Below are positions 46,664 through 54,999 of a stretch of 64,000 nucleotides of DNA, piece by piece. This DNA comes from an uncultured Mollicutes bacterium (GTDB taxonomy: Bacteria; Bacillota_I; Bacilli_A; RFN20; CAG-826), in contig UQFY01000011.1 in the NCBI GenBank assembly GCA_900540385.1, positions 6,043 to 70,042 of the forward strand, written 5' to 3'. Under the pieces are notes generated by a model, which ran no database searches, was not told where the DNA came from, and was given only the letters and a program-made list of their open reading frames with translations. Within the stretch, counting starts at the first letter, position 1. Each line of letters begins with the position of its first letter. Both the position numbers and the translations under genes were made by a program.

Positions 46664-46667
46664 TATA

Positions 46668-48341
46668 CGAGGCGGGACCCCGGACAAAAAGTTGGACCAT
46701 CCGAATGGTTACATAAATGTATACTAATGATCAAAAAATACATGCAATTGAGATTGTTAAGAAGTGCAAAGGTATTATTAATAATTGTTAGGGTATCCTG
46801 ATAGCAGAGATACTTTAAAGCTGTGGTATAAAAATTTCCAAGAAGATAATAATAAAATCACAAAAACTCCGCGTTATAGCGATAAGGAAATTGATAAGGC
46901 AGTTTCCTATTATTTGGAGTGCAAAAACATTCAAAAAACTATTGATGATTTAGGCTACCCAGACTCAAGAATGACGTTATGGAGATGGATTAAATCACAG
47001 GACATCAATATTTCTAATAAACGTGGTAGAGTTTCGTCGCTTGACGAAGAGGCAAAATCATCAATCATCTTAGAATATCTAAATTCCGATGAAACTATGC
47101 TAAAATTCTCATTAGAAAAAGGCATTGCTACCTCTACATTAAAAGGATGGCTTGATGCCTATAATCCAAAAAAGGAGGAAGTCTCTATGCCGAAAGAAGA
47201 AAGCAATAATGTCGATGAAACAGTTATTCCTCCTCGCAGTGATCAAGAAGAAATAGACGAACTTAAAAAGGAAATTGCTAAATTAAAAGCGGAAAAGATA
47301 GAAGCAAATCGTAAGACCAAAGAAGCTGAAGCAGAGCTCAAATTAGCAAAAGCCAAATTAGCGGAAACTCAACTAGAATATGACATCTTAGAAAAGGCGG
47401 CAGAACCATTAAAAAAAGTTAATGGCATTAATATCAAAACTCTTAAAAACAAGGAGAAGGCCATCGTTATTAATGCCTTAAGAAGTAAGTATAAGTTAGC
47501 AGAGCTGCTTAAATCTCTAGAGATGGCCAAATCATCATATGAATATCAAGTAAAAGCTCTTAACCATGATAAATATCAAGAGTTAAGACCTATAATCAAA
47601 CAAATATTCGATGATAGTTATCAAGCATATGGTTCAGAAAGAATATATGGTGAATTAAAAAATCAAGGAATCACAGTTTCTGAAAAAGTTATTAGAAGAT
47701 TAATGAAAGAAGAAAATATCCATCCATTTGTTCCTAGAATGAAGAAATATTCTTCTTATCAAGGAGAAATATCTCCAGAAGTTACTGATTTATATAAGCA
47801 CGACTTTAAAGCGGATGGACCATATAAGAAGCTAGTAACAGATATTACTGAATTCTCACTTAGAGATGGTAAAGTATATCTATCTCCAATGATTGATTTA
47901 TACGATGGATGTCAATTAATTGGAAGATAGGATATTCTCCAAATAAAGAATTAACTAACTCCATGTTAATAGAACTACATAACATCATTCCTAGCGATGC
48001 TAAACCCATCATCCATAGTGACAGAGGTTGCCATTATCGAATCCCTGATTGGATTAATCTCATGGAAGAATATGGTTATACAAGATCAATGTCCAGAAAG
48101 GGATGTTCCCCGGATAATGCAGCGTGTGAAGGATTCTTCGGAATAATGAAAAGAGAATTCTTCCATAATCATGATTGGGGTAATGCGACAAGGGAAGAAT
48201 TCATAAAAGAATTAGACAAGTACTTAACTTGGTTTAAAATAAAGAGAATAAAGGAAAGGTTAGGATATTTAAGTCCAACAGAATATCGTTCTAGAGCAAG
48301 TCTCTAAAATGGTACGAAAAAATGTCCGGACTCCCGGCTTG
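46668..48341 (+). mobile_element. IS3-family insertion sequence (degenerate copy)
   Basis: Imperfect terminal inverted repeats share the core GGGA..CCGGACA (left about 46668-46686, right about 48323-48341, roughly 15 of 19 matches). Encodes HTH/leucine-zipper OrfA-like and rve (DDE) OrfB-like sequence. Confidence 0.65.
46717..48307 (+). pseudogene. IS3-family transposase, reading frame broken at about 46786 and about 47908
   Basis: MYTNDQKIHAIEIVKK... (ATG 46717) stops at TAG and continues in another frame as LGYPDSRDTL. Coiled coil EIDELKKEIAKLKAEK. rve motifs HSDRGCHY and SMSRKGCSPDNAACEGFFG lie in a third segment after IDLYDG. An A7 run sits at 47411-47417. Confidence 0.7.
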
Positions 48342-48357
48342 CCATATTGAAACAACA

Positions 48358-48388
48358 GGATTGATACCAAAAATATCAGTCCTTTTTT
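48358..48388 (+). terminator. Orphan terminator-like hairpin right of the IS
   Basis: GGATTGATA-CCAAAAA-TATCAGTCC followed by T6. No intact gene lies upstream of it. Confidence 0.45.
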
Positions 48389-48553
48389 CATTTTATAGGG
48401 CTGTTTCGCTTATTTTAGACATAAATCGCTTATTATCAGCGTCAAGTTTATATAGGGCCTCATCTTATTTTTTGATACATGGAGGAACGAAAAAATATAA
48501 ATTGCTATAAATCATATTAGAAGTAAAAATAAATAGTGATAGTAGGAGAAAAT

Positions 48554-49021
48554 ATGGAACAAAAGAATTTGATGGTAAGAAAAGCGACCCCAAAGGACAT
48601 GGGCCTTCTTTATGAAATGATTAATGGTTTGGCAACATATGAGAAACGTCCAGAAGACATGACAGGGTCAATTAAGATGCTGAAATATTTTCTTTTCGAA
48701 AAGAAAATTGCCACTGCGGTTATAGCTGAAATAGATAATAAACCTATCGGTTATGCCATTTATTATCCAACGTTTGCTTCTTTTGCAGCCAAAATGAATG
48801 CCTATATAGAAGACCTATTCATAAAGCTCGAATATCGAGGCAAAGGCTTTGGAAAAGAGCTCTTTCACAAACTTTTAGAAATGATAAAAGAAGAGGGCTA
48901 TTCGAAATTAGAATGGAGTTGCCTAGATTGGAATACTCCTTCCATCGAATTCTATAAAAAGCTTGGTGCAAAAGAAGAAACAGGAAGAGTCTATTTTGAA
49001 TACGATCCGAAGAACGATTGA
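48554..49021 (+). CDS. GNAT-family N-acetyltransferase
   Basis: The acetyl-CoA-binding region YRGKGFGKELF has the Q/RxxGxG/A-like motif. AGGAG RBS before ATG 48554. Confidence 0.85.
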   Translation: MEQKNLMVRKATPKDMGLLYEMINGLATYEKRPEDMTGSIKMLKYFLFEKKIATAVIAEIDNKPIGYAIYYPTFASFAAKMNAYIEDLFIKLEYRGKGFGKELFHKLLEMIKEEGYSKLEWSCLDWNTPSIEFYKKLGAKEETGRVYFEYDPKND

Positions 49022-49329
49022 AATTGGCCCATTGCCACTTACCAAGATGGGAAAGGCCTATCTTTCTTAAATGGGATATATTTATCTAAACGTTGCTAGA
49101 GACATAAACCTGTTTTCCTCGGGGGGAAAAGTAACTTACATAAAAAACTAAAGTGGTAACACATTAAAGGAGAAAGCCCATCCTATAAAACCTTCTTCAA
49201 AGGGCGAATATTGTCGCATTGTTTGATATGTAGGAGAAAAATTTGAAAAGTTCTTATTACCTCTTAGTTATCTTTTCTTTCGCTAATTCCCCAAAATGAT
49301 ACAATCTAATAAAGTTTTGGGGCGTTTAT

Positions 49330-50442
49330 ATGGAAAAAAGATTCTTAACAGCCGTATTGGTTACGACATTTTTGCTTAATGGATGCTTTACGGACAACGG
49401 AATTTACTCTTCTTTTCAAGATGTTACAGGCGTTACGATTTCAGACATTAATGAATTTAAGATTAGTGAAAATGTAACTGCTTCCTTTGCCTGGCAATAC
49501 CAATATGATGACTATACGTTTTTAAATACGAAATATGTGAAAGTTAATTTCAATATTAAAAACGAGCTACTTGATAAACCCTTATCCGATGGTGGAGGGG
49601 CAATATGTTTACATTTCATGACCGACGTTCTTTTAGAAACGTATCCTGTTCAACATTACTCCTTCGATATGTATATTGGTCAAAAAGACCATTATTTATA
49701 TTATGGTTCGACTATGGAAAACTCCGTTGAAGCCTATCGTTCTTTTAGCAAAATACCCGACAAATACATAACCATGATAAAGGATAGAACAAATAAAGAT
49801 GGGGAATATCGTCTTAAAGTAAGTGGTGATGTAACGATCTCACCAGATTTACCTAAAACGGCCCATTATCCTGAGAATCATCCGTTCCGTTTCAAAGTAG
49901 GGCATGTTCTTGACGCTACACTTTATGTCTACTTAAATAACGAATTACTTAAGCCCTTTAAGGAAGATCCAACTCTTGATGGCTATTCTTACTATGAATT
50001 TAAAATGCCCGCTTTAGATTCGGCCTTAGCAATTACCACGAATCGTTTTTATCTAAATAAAACATATTCTTTCGTAGAGGTGTTTCCTTATCTACGTTCC
50101 GTCACGAAAGAATCTTTAAAAGGGGTGCGTATTGAAACTGGTTATTTTGGTGTTAATCCAGAAGGCAGGAAACCGACTATCAAATATAGCGAAGATAAGA
50201 GAGACATCGAATACAATCTCGACATCCTAAACAATCAACCCCTTCTTAAATATGATGAAAATCAACCGGTAGATGGTGGAAATTATCGGAAAGTAACCTA
50301 CATCCTTTTTAACGAGAGTGAATACGAGATTGAAATTGAAAACAACCATGTCGTTTATAGAGACTTCTCCTCTTATCAAATGTTTCGATTTGCTTCTACC
50401 ATAACGAAAATGCCTGATATTTTTTATCCTCAAAGCAATTAA
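49330..50442 (+). CDS. Hypothetical lipoprotein
   Basis: Signal peptide with lipobox FLLNGCFTD. 370 aa. Confidence 0.65.
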   Translation: MEKRFLTAVLVTTFLLNGCFTDNGIYSSFQDVTGVTISDINEFKISENVTASFAWQYQYDDYTFLNTKYVKVNFNIKNELLDKPLSDGGGAICLHFMTDVLLETYPVQHYSFDMYIGQKDHYLYYGSTMENSVEAYRSFSKIPDKYITMIKDRTNKDGEYRLKVSGDVTISPDLPKTAHYPENHPFRFKVGHVLDATLYVYLNNELLKPFKEDPTLDGYSYYEFKMPALDSALAITTNRFYLNKTYSFVEVFPYLRSVTKESLKGVRIETGYFGVNPEGRKPTIKYSEDKRDIEYNLDILNNQPLLKYDENQPVDGGNYRKVTYILFNESEYEIEIENNHVVYRDFSSYQMFRFASTITKMPDIFYPQSN

Positions 50443-50598
50443 ACTTGCTATCCTAAAACCATCATCCTTAGAAAGAAATGAGTTCTATTTATCAAACAAA
50501 TAACTGAGAATTATAATAAAGAAGACAAAAACACACGCTTTCTTTTATGGAAATATATTCGTATATCAAAGAAAGCCAAGATAATAAAAGGGGGATTT

Positions 50599-50793
50599 AT
50601 GATTCAAAAACTTACGTTAAAGGATGCACATTATCACATCATTGGTTATGTAGAAATCAAAGAAAATGGTGATAAAACTTTGAAAGATTCTCATTACCAC
50701 ATCAAAGGCTATTACATTGCAAGTAACGATGTCACAAAGGATGAGCATTATCATATCGTTGCTCATGGGGATGTTTTAACCTCCCTCTTATAA
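50599..50793 (+). CDS. 64-aa protein with three KD.HYHI repeats
   Basis: LKDAHYHIIGY / LKDSHYHIKGY / TKDEHYHIVAH spaced about 20 aa apart. GGGGG RBS-like sequence upstream. Confidence 0.45.
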   Translation: MIQKLTLKDAHYHIIGYVEIKENGDKTLKDSHYHIKGYYIASNDVTKDEHYHIVAHGDVLTSLL

Positions 50794-50869
50794 TCTTTTT
50801 AAACAAAGCTATTCATTCCTTTGAGTGAGGAGAGAATTGCTTGGTGAATTATTCTATTAAAATTGAGAT

Positions 50870-51265
50870 ATGAACGAAGAACTTGAGCAATACATCGCTA
50901 AACACCAAAAGAACCGTGAAAAATCGGAATCTTTTGTAGACTATTTATACGAATTGATGGAAAAACATCAGATAGAAAATCCTTCTGATGTTTATAAGAA
51001 AGCCTTCCTTTCTCGCCAACTATACTCTTCGATCATTTCCGCTAAATCTAGCCCATCATTAAACACCTGTATCAAACTCGCTTTAGCCATGCATTTAGAC
51101 AATCATGAATGCAAATATCTTTTGAAAAAGGCTGGATATACTCTTTCTTCCTCTAGCAGATTTTCTTTAACCATCCGTTTTGCGATAGAAAACCATATTT
51201 ATGACATCTATGAGGTTAATAAACTTCTTATAGATGCAGGATACGAAGATTCTTTGCTCCTTTAA
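50870..51265 (+). CDS. Putative HTH-type regulator (short Clostridia-type family)
   Basis: DVYKKAFLSRQLYSSIISAKSSPSLNTCIKLALAMHLDNHECKYLLKKAGYTLS resembles the XRE-like single-domain proteins common in Firmicutes. Confidence 0.45.
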   Translation: MNEELEQYIAKHQKNREKSESFVDYLYELMEKHQIENPSDVYKKAFLSRQLYSSIISAKSSPSLNTCIKLALAMHLDNHECKYLLKKAGYTLSSSSRFSLTIRFAIENHIYDIYEVNKLLIDAGYEDSLLL

Positions 51266-51340
51266 GAAATGTCAAATCCCATTTGACCATTTATCCTCTC
51301 TTTTTCTTTATCCTTTTCTTGCATTGGGAGGAAAAAGAAA

Positions 51341-51955
51341 ATGCAAGAAATCATCGAACATTATAGAGCCTTCAACCTTGCTAAAAAGATTATGGAAAAA
51401 GCTCATAAAAACCAAACAAGGGTGAGTGGAGAACCTTATGAATTACACCCTATTAGATGTTTTAATAACTACGCGGCTTTCATTGGATATCTGGATGAAC
51501 CCGAAACAAAATGCTATCGGTTAGAAGAAGATGGAATCCCTTTCTTTGGCGTAGTGGAAGTGGCTCTTCTTCATGATGTTATTGAAGATACGCCTTTTAC
51601 TATCGAAAAGATTGAAAAACTCTTCCAAGAGGAGGGATTATCTAGCTATTTCCATAAACGTATCAAGGATGCCTTAGAAAGAATCACCCATGATAAAACG
51701 ATGGATTACCCATCTTATATTGAAATATGCATGGGTAATCCTATCTCTGCTCTTTGTAAAATGTTGGATCTTCAAGATAACCTCACCGTTTTATCTTTGT
51801 CCAAACTTGATTCAAAAAATTATAAACGTGCCGAGAACTATCTAAAATATATCTATCAAATCAACAATGAATATCACTTCATTGAAAGAACCCATAAATA
51901 TCGCCAAGAACATTACCAAAAAAAGAGTAGAAACAAACGATCTTCTTCCATATAA
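51341..51955 (+). CDS. HD-domain protein, RelA/SpoT-type (p)ppGpp hydrolase-like (small alarmone hydrolase candidate)
   Basis: KAHKNQTRVSGEPYELHPIRC ... VALLHDVIEDT are the HD_4 signature residues. Confidence 0.7.
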   Translation: MQEIIEHYRAFNLAKKIMEKAHKNQTRVSGEPYELHPIRCFNNYAAFIGYLDEPETKCYRLEEDGIPFFGVVEVALLHDVIEDTPFTIEKIEKLFQEEGLSSYFHKRIKDALERITHDKTMDYPSYIEICMGNPISALCKMLDLQDNLTVLSLSKLDSKNYKRAENYLKYIYQINNEYHFIERTHKYRQEHYQKKSRNKRSSSI

Positions 51956-51956
51956 T

Positions 51957-52083
51957 TCTTCTGCCATAAAGAGAAGACGAGGGACAGGCCCTACGACTCT
52001 TCAGCAACCTGCATTCGTAAGGTGCTAAATCCTGAACGATGGGAAATAAACAATTATCTCTCATCGTGAAGATGGGAGTTTTT
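51957..52083 (+). promoter_or_regulatory. SAM-I (S-box) riboswitch with intrinsic terminator
   Basis: Conserved cores AGAGAAGACGAGGGACAGGCCC, CAGCAACC and GGTGCTAAATCC. P1 is CCAT/ATGG. Terminator CTCTCATC-GTGAA-GATGGGAG plus T5 (52058-52083). The 3' P1 strand GATGGGAA can alternatively pair with CTCTCATC as an antiterminator. Confidence 0.85.
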
Positions 52084-52111
52084 CTTTCTCTTGTGGCTAG
52101 GAGAAAGAAAA

Positions 52112-52771
52112 ATGAAAATCTTATTACATCTTCCTCACGTCTCATTAGACGTACCAAATTATTTTTATAAGGGGCTAATCATCCCTAAGCCTCTTTTCCG
52201 GAAATACAATCTAGAAATGAGTGATTTAGGGGTGGAATATCTTTTGAAAGATCTTCCAGGAGTAAAGATAATACCTCCTTATTCGCGCTTATTTTGTGAT
52301 GTAGAACGTTTTCGTGACGATAAGAAAGAAAGGATGGCTCAATATGGGGAGGGTCTTTTATATACAAAGATGTATGATGGCATTCTATTTCATAAGCACG
52401 ATGAAATCTATCGAAAGAAAGTCCTTACTTATTACGATACGTACCATCAAAAACTAGATGAAATTACCAAAGGCCTCCTTTCTTTTGACGATGAACTCTT
52501 AATACTAGATTGCCATTCTTTCTCTGATAAGATGGCCTCGTATTTCTTTAAACCTCCTTTTCCAGATATCTGTATCGGAATAGAAAAAGACTTCTTTGAT
52601 CAAGAAATATTGCATCGCATCATTGAAGCAATCAAAAAGAGGGGATACACCTATCAAATAAACTATCCCTATCAAGGAAGTCTTGTCCCAAACTGTATCT
52701 ATAATAAGAAAGTTATTTATAAAAAAGTCGTATCCATCATGTTAGAAATCAACAAACGTATCTATCTTTAA
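52112..52771 (+). CDS. N-formylglutamate amidohydrolase (FGase) family protein
   Basis: MKILLHLPHVSLDVP, SRLFCDVERFRDD and LDCHSF are typical of Firmicute FGase-family proteins. GGAGAAAG RBS. Confidence 0.7.
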   Translation: MKILLHLPHVSLDVPNYFYKGLIIPKPLFRKYNLEMSDLGVEYLLKDLPGVKIIPPYSRLFCDVERFRDDKKERMAQYGEGLLYTKMYDGILFHKHDEIYRKKVLTYYDTYHQKLDEITKGLLSFDDELLILDCHSFSDKMASYFFKPPFPDICIGIEKDFFDQEILHRIIEAIKKRGYTYQINYPYQGSLVPNCIYNKKVIYKKVVSIMLEINKRIYL

Positions 52772-52780
52772 TTCCTAATG

Positions 52781-52821
52781 AACTGTTACAAATTCAAAAT
52801 TATTTTAAGTTTGTAACAGGT
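52781..52821. repeat. Direct repeat DR-E copy 1 (41 bp, contains a 10-bp inverted repeat)
   Basis: AACTGTTACAAATTCAAAATTATTTTAAGTTTGTAACAGGT is identical to 54128-54168. Internal arms are CTGTTACAAA/TTTGTAACAG with a 17-nt spacer. Confidence 0.95.
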
Positions 52822-52905
52822 CGTGATAAAATGAAATTGTCTCTTAAGAAGGAAAAAATCTTGTTCTCATATTTCCAAAAGCGTTAAAAAAAGAAAGGAT
52901 GCCTT

Positions 52906-54129
52906 ATGTATATTCTAAGAAAACAATATCTAGAAGAAATTAGAAAATATTATGATTCCAACTTGATTAAGGTTTTAACAGGCATTAGACGTGTGGGCAA
53001 GAGCGTTCTTTTAGAACAAATACGTGAAGAATTGAAAAAAGATCGCAATTTGGATGAGGAACATATTATTTGCGTCAATTTCGAAGATATTTCTTTTTCT
53101 TCCATTAAAAATGCCTATCAACTAAATGACTATATTTCTGCTTGCATTAAAGATGAGAGGAAATACTATATTTTTCTCGATGAAATCCAACATGTAAAAG
53201 AATTTGAAAAAGTTCTTGCCTCCTTGAAGGCAACGAAAAACGTTTCTATTTTTGTTACTGGCAGCAATTCAAAGCTTCTTTCTGGAAGACTGGCTTCCCT
53301 TTTAGTCGGACGTTGCAAGGAATTCAAAATTCAGCCATTCACATACAAAGAATTCTTGGACTTTTATCAAGAAAATCAGCTTCCTCTCCCTACAAAGCCT
53401 CTCAATAATTACATCCGCTATGGGGGAATGCCACAAAGATTGGATTATTTTTTAGAAAAAGACATCGTTGCTTATTTGTCTGATCTTTTTAATGGCATCG
53501 TGGAGAAAGATATTTGTTCAAGTAAATCGAGAATCGACAAAGAAACATTCTTGAACATTGCCAAATATATCATCTCCAACTCTGCAAAGGATTTTTCTCC
53601 TGATAACATCGTTGATTATTACAACATGAACAATTCCGATAAAATACAACGCGTCACGCTTTATCGCTATTTAGAAAAGATGGAGCACGCTTGCCTTATT
53701 CAGCGAGTGAAACGTTATGATATCGCTTCAAAAAGAACTCTAAAATCGATAGAAAAGCGATTCGCCATGGACACAGGGCTTATTTTAGCGTGTAGTAATT
53801 CAAATCGAATTTTTCCTTCTAGAGCACTAGAAAACCTTGTTTATAACGAACTTATTTATAGAGGATATGAAGTAAAAATAGGAAAGACATATAAAGGTGA
53901 AATTGATTTCGTCACGATGAAAGAAAACAAAAAATGTTTCATTCAAGTCGCTTATCTTCTTTCTGATGAAGAAACCATCATCAGGGAATTCTCTCCTTAT
54001 AATTCTGTACGTGATCCCTCTCCGAAATACGTCATGAGTTTGGATGAGTTTGATATGTCACAAAACGGAATAACACATATCAATATCGAAGATTGGCTGC
54101 TTGGAAAAGTAGACTTGTTCCTTTCTTAA
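52906..54129 (+). CDS. AAA_14 ATPase with DUF4143 domain
   Basis: Walker A GIRRVGKSV, Walker B IFLDEIQHV. VTGSNSKLLSG, then C-terminal EIDFV...FIQV, a restriction-endonuclease-like core. Confidence 0.85.
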   Translation: MYILRKQYLEEIRKYYDSNLIKVLTGIRRVGKSVLLEQIREELKKDRNLDEEHIICVNFEDISFSSIKNAYQLNDYISACIKDERKYYIFLDEIQHVKEFEKVLASLKATKNVSIFVTGSNSKLLSGRLASLLVGRCKEFKIQPFTYKEFLDFYQENQLPLPTKPLNNYIRYGGMPQRLDYFLEKDIVAYLSDLFNGIVEKDICSSKSRIDKETFLNIAKYIISNSAKDFSPDNIVDYYNMNNSDKIQRVTLYRYLEKMEHACLIQRVKRYDIASKRTLKSIEKRFAMDTGLILACSNSNRIFPSRALENLVYNELIYRGYEVKIGKTYKGEIDFVTMKENKKCFIQVAYLLSDEETIIREFSPYNSVRDPSPKYVMSLDEFDMSQNGITHINIEDWLLGKVDLFLS

Positions 54130-54168
54130 CTGTTACAAATTCAAAATTATTTTAAGTTTGTAACAGGT
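54128..54168. repeat. Direct repeat DR-E copy 2
   Basis: Perfect 41-bp copy. Overlaps the TAA stop of the AAA_14 gene. Confidence 0.95.
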
Positions 54169-54199
54169 GACCATCATTTTGAAGAATTATAATAAGCAT

Positions 54200-54925
54200 A
54201 TGAATCAATTAAAAAAGATTAAAAGCTGGATACATAAAGATACCCGTATTGTCTTCTTGGGAGGAGCAGGGGTTTCTACTGCAAGCGGAATTCCAGACTT
54301 CCGTTCTCCGACAGGGTTATATAAAATCCAAAACAAATATGGTCTTCCTGCAGAAAGAATGCTCTCCCATTCTTATTTCTTTGAACATACGGACACTTTC
54401 TATGATTTCTATTGGAACTTCATGGTCTTTCCTAATGCAAAACCAAATAAAGCCCATATCGCTTTAGCAAACTACGAAAAAAGAGGGGGCCATATCGAAA
54501 TATTGACCCAAAATATTGATGGCCTTCATCAAGAAGCGGGTTCTAGACGCGTCTATGAACTCCATGGTTCCACCAAGCGTTATTTCTGCTTAGATTGTGG
54601 GAAAGAATACACTCTTGATCAAATTCCCCAAAAGAAAGAGATCCCGCATTGTTTGTGTGGAGGAATTCTGAAACCGGACGTGGTTCTTTATGAAGAGCCC
54701 TTAAACGAAACCATTCTTTATCAATCCGTGAACGCTTTACGTTATTCTGATTTATTAATCGTTGGAGGAACCTCTTTAAATGTCTATCCTGCCGCCGGAC
54801 TTATCTATGAATTCGGTGGAAAACATAAGGTTCTTATCAACAAAGAAAGAACCCCTCTAGATTCCTTCTTCGATGAAGTCATACATGAAGATATTGGAGA
54901 TGTTTTAGAATATCTTCTTTCTTGA
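54200..54925 (+). CDS. cobB: NAD-dependent protein deacylase, Sir2 family
   Basis: GAGVSTASGIPDFRS, QNIDGLH, Zn-binding CLDCG...CLCGG, GTSLNVYPAA. The start is uncertain (ATG 54200, or GTG 54167 inside DR-E). Confidence 0.85.
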   Translation: MNQLKKIKSWIHKDTRIVFLGGAGVSTASGIPDFRSPTGLYKIQNKYGLPAERMLSHSYFFEHTDTFYDFYWNFMVFPNAKPNKAHIALANYEKRGGHIEILTQNIDGLHQEAGSRRVYELHGSTKRYFCLDCGKEYTLDQIPQKKEIPHCLCGGILKPDVVLYEEPLNETILYQSVNALRYSDLLIVGGTSLNVYPAAGLIYEFGGKHKVLINKERTPLDSFFDEVIHEDIGDVLEYLLS

Positions 54926-54949
54926 AATTTGTTTGAATTCTCTAACCTT

Positions 54950-54981
54950 TTCTAAAAGAAAATCCATAGTTTCCTATGGGC
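54950..54981 (-). terminator. Terminator of the 835-aa lipoprotein gene
   Basis: CCATAG-GAAA-CTATGG hairpin on the minus strand, followed by ATTTTCTTTT. Confidence 0.5.
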
Positions 54982-54999
54982 TTCTACCGAAAGAAATAC

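Noticed and set aside
48322-48510. 62-aa plus-strand ORF right of the IS.
   Set aside because: It starts inside the IS right inverted repeat and crosses a terminator-like hairpin. It has no RBS or motif and is probably remnant intergenic DNA.
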